Virus record (IMG/VR): IMGVR_UViG_3300046543_000595
Span: 1 to 64,000 of that record
Length of the DNA stretch: 64,000 nt
Source: a virus
Taxonomy: Duplodnaviria; Caudoviricetes
Reading direction: 5' to 3' (one strand)
Shown here: piece by piece, positions 55,719 to 64,000 of the stretch
Layout of the letters: every line of letters starts with the position of its first letter
Position numbering within the stretch: position 1 is the stretch's first letter
Program-made: the position numbers and the translations under genes
The notes under the pieces: generated by a model
The model's database searches: none
Seen by the model: only the letters and a program-made list of their open reading frames with translations
Told to the model about the DNA's origin: nothing

Positions 55719-56374
55719 GCACGACGGCCGGACAGATTCTGGATCAGGTGCTGGACCGCCTCGAGGAGTCGCGCACGAATCCCATATGGGTCAGCCGGGC
55801 CGAGTTGCTGGTCCATCTCAACGATGCGTTCCTCGAGTACACGCTGATTGCCGGACAGATGACCAGCGAGCGGACGTACGCTCTGATCGGCGCGAAACTC
55901 CAGTCGGTCCCGCAGGGCGCCATCGCGATCATCCACGTCTCGTACGCTAACAAGCGGATCCGGAAATCCTCGATTGAAAACTTCGATCGGGAGAATCCGA
56001 AGTGGGACGGGCTGGCGGGGCTACTGACGAAGTGGGGGCCGGCAGGATTAGATCGCTGGGCCATCGATCGACATCCGACTGCGGCAGGCACGAACGTTAC
56101 TTTAGTAACACTTGACGATCCGCCGCAGTTGACCGAAGCGAGCGTGATCGATCTGGCGCAGGAGTACATCGACGGGCTGACCGAGTACACGTTCCACTTT
56201 GGCCGGTTCAAGGAAGGCGGCGCTGAGTTCGTACAAGCGATGCCGAATTACGACCTGTTCCTCGAAAAGTCTGGTCACCAGGCACAGCGCACGTTCTCGC
56301 AGCAGTTCACCAGTTTCTCGCGGGATCCGAACGCGGATACCGGCGAAGGCTATTCCACCATCGATCGGAGTTAG
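55715..56374 (+). CDS. adaptor-like virion protein
   Basis: ILDQV--RL...W---ELL-HLNDA...DRENPKW. Confidence 0.6.
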   Translation: MSTTAGQILDQVLDRLEESRTNPIWVSRAELLVHLNDAFLEYTLIAGQMTSERTYALIGAKLQSVPQGAIAIIHVSYANKRIRKSSIENFDRENPKWDGLAGLLTKWGPAGLDRWAIDRHPTAAGTNVTLVTLDDPPQLTEASVIDLAQEYIDGLTEYTFHFGRFKEGGAEFVQAMPNYDLFLEKSGHQAQRTFSQQFTSFSRDPNADTGEGYSTIDRS

Positions 56375-57454
56375 ATGAGCACGACGGTAGCGACACTGAT
56401 CTCGCAGTTGTCAGTCCTCGTTCAGGAGAACGGGAGTGTGTCTGGCGGCTACGACTGGTCGACCGGGTTCTGGTCCATCACTGAAATCATCGAGTATATC
56501 AACGTCATCTCCAAGGATTTCGTGCTCAGGTCTCAGATCATGAAACTGATCGGAGCCGTGCAGGCGGTCGCGGGCACCCGTCAGTACAGCGAAATGCCGT
56601 ACACGATGCAGATCGATCGGATTGCGTTCAACAACAATCCGACCTACCGCACGACAAAGGTCAATCTGGACCGCGAGAATCCGAACTGGCGCACGCTATC
56701 CGGAGTCCCCCGGAAGTATCACCAGGACATGCTGCCGACGAAGCAGTTCGAGATGGACCGGGCACCGACGTCCGGCATGGTCGGCAGCGGATACTTTCCC
56801 GTCGGGCTGCTGGGAACGGTCCGGTTCATGTCTTCGGGCGGACGTCAGGTCTCCGATGCCGGGATCGTGGCGACGCAGGCAACGCTGACCTCGGCGACGG
56901 CGGCATTCACGGTTGGCGATGTTGGGACCCTCGTGGCGATTGCTGGCGCCGGTCCGGCCAAAGGGCCGCTGATGACGACGATCGCGACGTTCCTATCGGG
57001 GACGCAGGTCCTGCTGAATCTGAACGCGAGTTTCACGGTGACGAACACAGCGTGCTCGATCGGTGGAACCCCGTACACCCCGACCGGGCTGCTTGGCGTG
57101 CCGCGGTACTTCTTCGGACAGCGCGCGCGGAACGGGATTCTGCCGCACGGTGATCCGTATGCCGGCACGATCCGCCAGTTGCTCAGCGGGAATACGAACT
57201 TCGAGGTGCTCGCGACACGACTGATGGACAACGTCAGCGGGACAACTGACCTGCTCCGCGTGCCCGACTTCTGCGTGCTGTACATCAAGATCGGCGTGCT
57301 CGCCAAGATGCTCCGCAAGGAAGGCGAGGGGCAGGATCTGGACCGCGCCAAGTATTGCGAGATGCGTTACGAGCAGGGCGTGAAACTGTTCCTGCGGCTG
57401 ATGACTGCCGCGAATCTTCCAGTGGCCCAGCCGCAGGGAGCGACGAATGGCTGA
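56375..57454 (+). CDS. adaptor-like virion protein
   Basis: WS-TEIIEYIN...LDRENPNWR---G-P...RAKYCEMRY. Confidence 0.6.
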   Translation: MSTTVATLISQLSVLVQENGSVSGGYDWSTGFWSITEIIEYINVISKDFVLRSQIMKLIGAVQAVAGTRQYSEMPYTMQIDRIAFNNNPTYRTTKVNLDRENPNWRTLSGVPRKYHQDMLPTKQFEMDRAPTSGMVGSGYFPVGLLGTVRFMSSGGRQVSDAGIVATQATLTSATAAFTVGDVGTLVAIAGAGPAKGPLMTTIATFLSGTQVLLNLNASFTVTNTACSIGGTPYTPTGLLGVPRYFFGQRARNGILPHGDPYAGTIRQLLSGNTNFEVLATRLMDNVSGTTDLLRVPDFCVLYIKIGVLAKMLRKEGEGQDLDRAKYCEMRYEQGVKLFLRLMTAANLPVAQPQGATNG

Positions 57455-59162
57455 CACGATCGTCTTCGGTCCGATCTTTCTGGAAGATCTACAGGTCGGT
57501 AACGGCACGGTGGCCGACATCACGCTGCCGGACAATTCCCAGCAGACGCTCACAAAGATCGGCATCCAGAGTTTCCTCGGAACCGCGTACGTCAACGCGT
57601 CTGATTTTACAGGCTCCGATATCGGGGCGAAAATTAACACGGCCGTAGCGGCCCTCCCAGCAGCGGGCGGCGTGATCGACTGCCGCGGCCTGACCGGCGC
57701 GCAATCGGCCGCTGCGACGATCACACTCAGCAAGCAGATCGCACTTCTACTGCCGATGGGTTCGATCCAACTGCTCGCCAATCCTGGGATACTAATCACG
57801 AGCGGAGGATGTCAGATACTCGGACAGGGGCAGAACGCAACGGTCCTGCAGTACAGCCCGTCCACTACCGCATCGGCTATCAAATGCCAGGCGCTCACTG
57901 CGGTTGCGATCGCCCAGATCAAACTGTCCGGATTCACCATGGATGCGACAGGAAATTCCCAGGTGAAGACGGCCTTCCAGATCATCGACTCAGAAGAGAT
58001 GGAAGTCAGCAACATCGCGATCTCGAATTGGAGCGATGGAACCAAATCGTCGGTCGGCCTTGAAATCAACGGTCGGCAGGCGTTTATCGGTGATCGACTG
58101 ACGTTCAACTGCGATCTCCCGTGCCATATCAAGACGGATCCGAATACCTCCGTCGTGGCCGCCGACCACTTTCATTTCTCGAATATCTACTTCATTGCGG
58201 ACGCGTCCCAACCATGCTGGTTGGTGGATAGTGGCGTCTGGCTGACGAACTGCACATGGGACGGATACCAGGCATGGGTTGGCGGGTCTCACGGGATCCA
58301 GTGGACCGGCTATAACGGCTCGACCCCGGCATACAACATCGCCTTCCATAACGTTCGGGCCGAACAGGGAGCCGGCGCTGGCGGCGGCAACTACGTGTTC
58401 CATCTGAACCCGACGCAGCAGATGTTCTCCGTGCTGATCAGTAACTGCACCAGCGACAGCACCCGCAACTTCATCTTCATGCGGACGGCGCGAAACTACC
58501 TGCTGGAGATAAATTTTTACGATGGGCTTGGCGTCGCGCTCAATCTCGATTCTTCCTGCAGCGGAGACGAGGAAGCGAACTTCTGGAACATTAATGCTGG
58601 CGCTTCCCTGTCGGTTGTTGGCGCGCTGCGGACCGCAATGGGATTCGACGAGACCGGCGTTGGCTATTCCAAACCCGTCCTTGATCTCGTCGATGGTACC
58701 GGCAACATCGCCCAGTACCGGATCAACGGTGGCCAGATCGGCGCGACTACGTCGGCGCATGGATCCGGTACGGCCTACACGATCACGACGACTCCGGCGG
58801 CCGTGGCATTCGGAACGACCAGTCCGAGCATCGTACTGAGCAAAATCGGGACCTACCTACTCTTCAGTCGTGTCGTTGTCGAGTATGTAGGAGCGACGTT
58901 CGCCGGTCATCAAACCGTAACGGTAAAACTGCGCCGGACGAACAACACTGCATCGGACCTCACCAACGGTACGACGTTTCTGGCGCTCGATATCGTGACG
59001 ACGAAGACAGCGGATGCGATGGTCATCGAACTACCGACAGTCCCTTACGGCACGCTCAACACGACCGACGCGATCACCCTGTTCGCATCGGTCGACGTTG
59101 GTCCGTCCGCCGGATCGATTGTGATCCGCGAGGCGGAAATACTGGCACTGAGGATTTCGTAG
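57447..59162 (+). CDS. tailspike/receptor-binding protein 1 (beta-helix-like)
   Basis: INTAVAALPAAGGVI..., GQGQNATVL; Asn/Gly/Thr-rich. Confidence 0.75.
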   Translation: MADTIVFGPIFLEDLQVGNGTVADITLPDNSQQTLTKIGIQSFLGTAYVNASDFTGSDIGAKINTAVAALPAAGGVIDCRGLTGAQSAAATITLSKQIALLLPMGSIQLLANPGILITSGGCQILGQGQNATVLQYSPSTTASAIKCQALTAVAIAQIKLSGFTMDATGNSQVKTAFQIIDSEEMEVSNIAISNWSDGTKSSVGLEINGRQAFIGDRLTFNCDLPCHIKTDPNTSVVAADHFHFSNIYFIADASQPCWLVDSGVWLTNCTWDGYQAWVGGSHGIQWTGYNGSTPAYNIAFHNVRAEQGAGAGGGNYVFHLNPTQQMFSVLISNCTSDSTRNFIFMRTARNYLLEINFYDGLGVALNLDSSCSGDEEANFWNINAGASLSVVGALRTAMGFDETGVGYSKPVLDLVDGTGNIAQYRINGGQIGATTSAHGSGTAYTITTTPAAVAFGTTSPSIVLSKIGTYLLFSRVVVEYVGATFAGHQTVTVKLRRTNNTASDLTNGTTFLALDIVTTKTADAMVIELPTVPYGTLNTTDAITLFASVDVGPSAGSIVIREAEILALRIS

Positions 59163-59165
59163 AGC

Positions 59166-60860
59166 ATGGAAAACATCGTATTCGGACCCATCTTCGAAGA
59201 GGACCTAGCGATAGGAGACGGCGCGGTTGCCGTCGGGTTGCCGGACGGCTCGACGCAGACCCTCCACAAGATCGGGATGCATACGTTCACTGGCATCTTA
59301 AACGTCAAAGAGTTTGGTGCCATGGGGGACGGCATCACTGACGACTATGCGGCAATCATCGCCGCCTACAACGCCGTTAGCCCAGGCGGGACACTGTACT
59401 TTCCTGGAAACTCGACATACAGAATCTCGCAGCCTTGGACATTGACACGCAGCAATGTCAAAATTCTCGCCGCAGATCCAACGGCTATCCTGCAGTACGT
59501 CGGCGGCGTCACGACTTACGTGGTAGGGGACGACGGCACTTCAAGCGTTCTCTACTTCAACAACGAGATCTCGAACCTGACCATTCGCGGTAACGCGAAC
59601 GTCCAGAACGGACTGCAGATCACCTCGCAGCACCACTCGAAGTTTCTGAACTTGCGTATCCAGAACGTCGCATCGACCGGCATGCTCGTCAAGTTCGCTG
59701 TCGGCAATCAATATGATGTGCGGGTCTCAAACAACGATTGTCCAGGTAATAACTACACGGTCCAGCCAGCGGTTGGTATAGATTTTGCTGGATTGGATGT
59801 TAACCACGCGGCTACTGGATCTGAAGCCTATCTAATTGTGGAAAGCGTATCTGGTTCTGGAATTAAAATGGGGTTCACGGATTTCATGACGTTGCGCGGG
59901 TTCTCTGAATCTAACAACCGTGGACTGGAAATCTACCAGCAGACATTTAACCTGAGCGTCATCAGCATGGACTTTGAGTCCAACGCGACTGAAGACGTGC
60001 TGTTGAACGGTATTGGCTATTCTCAATTCATTGGGATCAATTCAACCAACAAGTTCAATTTCAATCAGGGTCGAGGCATTGCTCTGATTGGCGGGCAATT
60101 TAAGGATATCGTCATCGGGGTCCTTGGCTTGAATGCGTACCTTACCGGGCAGTTGATCTACATTGGAACGATTACAGATAACCAGCCGGATTTGACGGTT
60201 AGATCACCTCTCATTCGTTTTACTCCTGGACCTGATACCTTTAGTTACGAGAATCGTTTTTACGGAGATTCTGTAGATGTCAACAACCGGCTGAATGCTC
60301 CAACGCTGCTTCGAGTACGAGCGTCGGCCGCACAGGCAGGCGCTGCTGTTTTCAAGGTTACAGATGATATCGCATCGACTGAATTCGCTAAGATCTTTCC
60401 TTCCGGGGCTATTCAATCGGGGCAGGATGCCGTAGCGAGAACGATTCTGCAGCCAGGAAGTCCCGGTTTGATGGGTGCAGTTGACTTCTATCTCGGTGGC
60501 ACGCACTATGCAAGCCTCGGTGGTGGAGCAGCGGGCAATTTTCCTCTCACACTGTTCAATGGCGCTAAGTTTGGTATCGGCCTCGGCCTCACTGGTGAAT
60601 GGTCGAATACGATAGCATACATAGCTTCATGGAATCCGGCTAATGTTGTGAATGGATCTCAAATCACGGCCACGTTTAACGTCCCCAATGTCGTGCTTGG
60701 AGATACTGTTACTCCATCATTCGACCTTGATTTACAGGGGATGCAACTCACTGGATATGTCAGTTCTCCAGGTGTCGTAACGGTCGTGCTGAGAAACGGC
60801 ACTGGAGGCGACATTGATCTAGCTATTGGTAATTTACGCCTCGACATCTGGCAGCATTAA
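59166..60860 (+). CDS. tailspike protein 2 (pectate-lyase-like)
   Basis: LNVKEFGAMGDGITDDYAAI-AA...GGTLYFP. Confidence 0.85.
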   Translation: MENIVFGPIFEEDLAIGDGAVAVGLPDGSTQTLHKIGMHTFTGILNVKEFGAMGDGITDDYAAIIAAYNAVSPGGTLYFPGNSTYRISQPWTLTRSNVKILAADPTAILQYVGGVTTYVVGDDGTSSVLYFNNEISNLTIRGNANVQNGLQITSQHHSKFLNLRIQNVASTGMLVKFAVGNQYDVRVSNNDCPGNNYTVQPAVGIDFAGLDVNHAATGSEAYLIVESVSGSGIKMGFTDFMTLRGFSESNNRGLEIYQQTFNLSVISMDFESNATEDVLLNGIGYSQFIGINSTNKFNFNQGRGIALIGGQFKDIVIGVLGLNAYLTGQLIYIGTITDNQPDLTVRSPLIRFTPGPDTFSYENRFYGDSVDVNNRLNAPTLLRVRASAAQAGAAVFKVTDDIASTEFAKIFPSGAIQSGQDAVARTILQPGSPGLMGAVDFYLGGTHYASLGGGAAGNFPLTLFNGAKFGIGLGLTGEWSNTIAYIASWNPANVVNGSQITATFNVPNVVLGDTVTPSFDLDLQGMQLTGYVSSPGVVTVVLRNGTGGDIDLAIGNLRLDIWQH

Positions 60861-60875
60861 TGAGCACTAAAAACA

Positions 60876-63800
60876 ATGGCTGACGTTCAATCACTGACGA
60901 TTAATCTCGAGAACCGTGGGCTGATGATCTCCCGCCCCGGCGACGTGTTGCCGGAAGGCTACCTGACATCGTCCCTGAACCTCACCTCGAATAAGACCGG
61001 ATCGATCCAGTCCCGCGGCGGTAGCGCAAGGGTGAACGTGATCAACCTCGGTGGACCGGTCCACTCGCAGGGCCGCATCATCACAGGCTCCGGGGCCGCT
61101 TATCGATACCAGGGAGCCGGCACCTCGCTCTACCGGGAGTGGACGCAGATCGCGACCGGACTATCCGGTAATCAGTTGACATTCCGCGAGGGCGGCCCCG
61201 ACGAATCGATCCTGCCGCAGGAGATCGTGTTCGATTCGAACGCCAGGTATAAGGACAACGGCGCGCTCACGACCGGCTTCGGCATTGCCGGTCCGATGGC
61301 TGCGGCTTCGGCGGTAGCGGCTGCCGCCACAACGAAGACGATCGATCTGTTTGAGTACGCCACCAACCTCGCGATCCAGAACGCGTGGACCGCCGCGACG
61401 GCCACGGTCACGACATCATCGACAAACCCGGCACAAGGATCGTTCGCCGGCAACATTGCGATTGCCGCCGGAGCGACCGGAACGATCACGGCCAGCGCGG
61501 CCAGCGTCACGCCGTTCGCGCCGATCAACCTGAACCAGTTTGCGATCGCTGGCGACTCGGATGACAACGATTGGATCGTTCTCTACGTTCGCGTCGACAA
61601 GCCGCAGTACATCATCGAGGTCCGGGTGATGTTCGACGTCGACCCGGCCACGAACGACTTCACCCAGAATTTCTACTGGAAGGCCTTCACGGCGAACATC
61701 CTCGCTCCGGCTGCCACCAGCACATCTACGGCGTCGACGGCCACGCAGGACCTCGCCTCGAACGTGCCAGTACGACTGTCCGGCGTCGACAATCAGGACC
61801 CAAGGTTCCAGCAGATTCCACCCGACGAACTTGCGACCGGGGCGAATCAGTGGCTGCAACTCTTCGTCAAGAAGAACGAATTCACTCGCGTCGGCACCCA
61901 CGTCAACAACTGGGGCAACGTCGCTGCGGTACGGATACAGGTCACGGCCGGCGCCGGTAGCGGAGTCAACGTCGGAGTCGACGGATTGATCATGCAGGGG
62001 TCCACGACGGGTCGGCTCGACGGCACGGACTACCTGTGGATCTACCGTTACGAGAACGAGAACACGGGCACGACCAGTCCGTTCTCGCCAGACATGGTGC
62101 CGGCGGCGAACACGACCGGCACGACGATCCAGGCGACGAAGGCGACCGTGACGGTGCGCAATCCGCGTGATACGCAGGCAACGCACATTCAACTCTACCG
62201 GTTCGGCGGCGCGAACACGGCCTACCTGTTGTCGATACGCCAGGCGGTTACCGCGTGGACCGGTACGACGACCATCACCGACGGCGTCCCGGATCAGGAT
62301 CTTGGCGACGTGGCCGACTTCACGCAGATCGAACTGGCGAACTTGCTGCAGACGCCAAGCCAGACCTGCACGTCATGCGGAAAGACAGTCAACAACGGCG
62401 GCGCGTTCACCGATTACACCGCGAACGTCAGCGATGATAACGGTGGAACTTACGCCGATCTTTCGTCGCTCGGCACGCTGAACAACAACTGGCTCGTCAT
62501 CGGGGCCGATCAGCAGTTCCGGCAGATCCTCATCGCGATGGACGGGAACGTCAACACGAACGCCTCCGTGCTCACCGTGCAATATTGGGACGGCGCGGTC
62601 TGGCGCGCGGTGATCAATCAGATCGATGGCACGGCGGTCAGCGGAAAGACGCTAGCGCAGCCCGGAACGATTCAGTTCGAATTGCCGCAGAATTGGGCGA
62701 CGAACACGGCGAACGGCCTGTCGGCATTCTACATTCGGCTGACGTTCGGCTCCGCACTGTCGGGAGCGGTTCATATCACCGAGGTGCGGCTTAGCGCCAA
62801 CGCGTTCAACCCGACAACCTGCGAAGTCCATGCCGGCCGCGTCTGGACCGACGATACGCAGCACACCGATCGGATCTGGTACTCGAACCGGTTTGCGATC
62901 GAGACGTTTGCGGATACGAACTTCATCGTCGCGTCGACCGGCGGCGATCCGGTGGTCAAACCGTACGGCCTCGACGATCAACTGTTCGCGTTCACACGCA
63001 AAACCGTGAACCGGATCATCGGCTCAACGGCGCAGTCGTTCGATCAAATTCCGACAGGCAGCGAAGAAGGGCTGTTCGGCGAGGCCATCTGCCGCGGGCG
63101 TGGCCGAATCTTCTACCGGGCATACGGTGGCATCTATGCCCTGCCGGCCAGCGGATACGCCACAAAGGTCTCGATGCAGATCGATGGACTCTTCCACGGG
63201 TTTGGCAGCGAGGATGGCTCTATGGCGCCGATCGATCAGACGAAGGCGGCGACCGAGACGATGGAGTTCTTCGACGCCAAGGTGTGGTTCAACTACACCG
63301 ATATCAACGGTACCCGTCTGGAAATCACGCTCGATCTCGATACCGAACGATGGGAGCCGACCGACCGTCCCTCGACGTCCTACCTCCGGTTGGACGATGT
63401 CAGCCAGTTCTATTCCGGAGCGAGCGATGGCCTCGTGTACCAGCGCTACACCAGCAATCAGGACCAGGGCGTCAACATCGCGCTCCGGTTGGGTACCTCG
63501 TACGTCGACTTCGGGAACGCGACGGAGACCAAGCAACTCGTGGCAGTCCAAATCGACGGCGACACGCAGGGCGCGGCGATGACGTTCCAGGTCCAGGGGG
63601 ACAACGGGCAGGGCTTCTTCCAGACCAGGCAGTTGAGTAGCGCTGGACGGAACATTATGTCGTTCAACTTCGACGATGAGACCTTCGCTCGAAATGTCAG
63701 GGTATTGCTCAACAGTCAGAACGCCGGTGCTCTCGTCAAGTTTTACAAGATCACGTTCTTCTATATTCCGCTCGTCTCGCCACTGACGAAACTCGTGACG

Positions 63801-64000
63801 GACTGGGACGATCTCGGTTATCCGGGGGATAAGCGGCTCCGGCAGATGCAACTCGAGATCGACACGATCGACACGCCGGCCACCATCCTCGTCCAGACGA
63901 ACGATCCGACTAACAACCAGATCATAACGGCCCAGACACTGACGGTACAGGCGGCGACGCGGCAGATTGTCCCGTTCTCGCTCGCCGCCGATCTACTGGC
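60876..64000 (+). CDS. large tail/DNA-stabilisation protein (P22 gp10-like), runs off the window
   Basis: absent from the ORF track because no stop falls in the window; begins MADVQSLTINLENRGL; beta-propeller-like HAGRVW...RIWYSN segments. Confidence 0.7.
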   Translation, partial: MADVQSLTINLENRGLMISRPGDVLPEGYLTSSLNLTSNKTGSIQSRGGSARVNVINLGGPVHSQGRIITGSGAAYRYQGAGTSLYREWTQIATGLSGNQLTFREGGPDESILPQEIVFDSNARYKDNGALTTGFGIAGPMAAASAVAAAATTKTIDLFEYATNLAIQNAWTAATATVTTSSTNPAQGSFAGNIAIAAGATGTITASAASVTPFAPINLNQFAIAGDSDDNDWIVLYVRVDKPQYIIEVRVMFDVDPATNDFTQNFYWKAFTANILAPAATSTSTASTATQDLASNVPVRLSGVDNQDPRFQQIPPDELATGANQWLQLFVKKNEFTRVGTHVNNWGNVAAVRIQVTAGAGSGVNVGVDGLIMQGSTTGRLDGTDYLWIYRYENENTGTTSPFSPDMVPAANTTGTTIQATKATVTVRNPRDTQATHIQLYRFGGANTAYLLSIRQAVTAWTGTTTITDGVPDQDLGDVADFTQIELANLLQTPSQTCTSCGKTVNNGGAFTDYTANVSDDNGGTYADLSSLGTLNNNWLVIGADQQFRQILIAMDGNVNTNASVLTVQYWDGAVWRAVINQIDGTAVSGKTLAQPGTIQFELPQNWATNTANGLSAFYIRLTFGSALSGAVHITEVRLSANAFNPTTCEVHAGRVWTDDTQHTDRIWYSNRFAIETFADTNFIVASTGGDPVVKPYGLDDQLFAFTRKTVNRIIGSTAQSFDQIPTGSEEGLFGEAICRGRGRIFYRAYGGIYALPASGYATKVSMQIDGLFHGFGSEDGSMAPIDQTKAATETMEFFDAKVWFNYTDINGTRLEITLDLDTERWEPTDRPSTSYLRLDDVSQFYSGASDGLVYQRYTSNQDQGVNIALRLGTSYVDFGNATETKQLVAVQIDGDTQGAAMTFQVQGDNGQGFFQTRQLSSAGRNIMSFNFDDETFARNVRVLLNSQNAGALVKFYKITFFYIPLVSPLTKLVTDWDDLGYPGDKRLRQMQLEIDTIDTPATILVQTNDPTNNQIITAQTLTVQAATRQIVPFSLAADLL

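Noticed and set aside
50816-63851. Long antisense ORFs opposite late genes (e.g. 50816..52021, 54531..55634, 63024..63851)
   Set aside because: Shadow ORFs expected at high GC3; the + strand carries recognisable proteins.
57447-64000. Diversity-generating retroelement or invertible tail-fibre cassette
   Set aside because: No reverse transcriptase, template/variable repeat pair or inverted repeats were seen in the window.

Overview
This window is part of a large, GC-rich dsDNA bacteriophage genome with podovirus/P22-like head genes. From left to right it holds: (1) a leftward early/accessory arm (about 880-8320) with a serine recombinase and small genes, six of which sit directly behind circularly permuted (type-P5) twister-ribozyme-like RNAs; (2) a divergent AT-rich control region (about 8350-9350); (3) a rightward block of small genes including an acyl carrier protein and ParB-like, HNH-like and Mom/GNAT-like proteins; (4) a translation module: a short RF1-type release factor interrupted by an RF2-style CTT-TGA-C +1 frameshift site, plus 33 tRNA genes covering all 20 amino acids; (5) DNA-modification and sugar-nucleotide genes, terminase, portal, scaffold, major capsid, a glycosyltransferase/methyltransferase cluster, and neck and tailspike genes. 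The most notable feature is that 32 of the tRNAs form three operons, each opened by a sigma70-like promoter and a short leader ORF whose codons match the tRNAs downstream. Two of the leaders also have terminator/antiterminator hairpins. This looks like codon-sensing attenuation of tRNA supply. All calls were made by eye; no database searches or folding programs were run.
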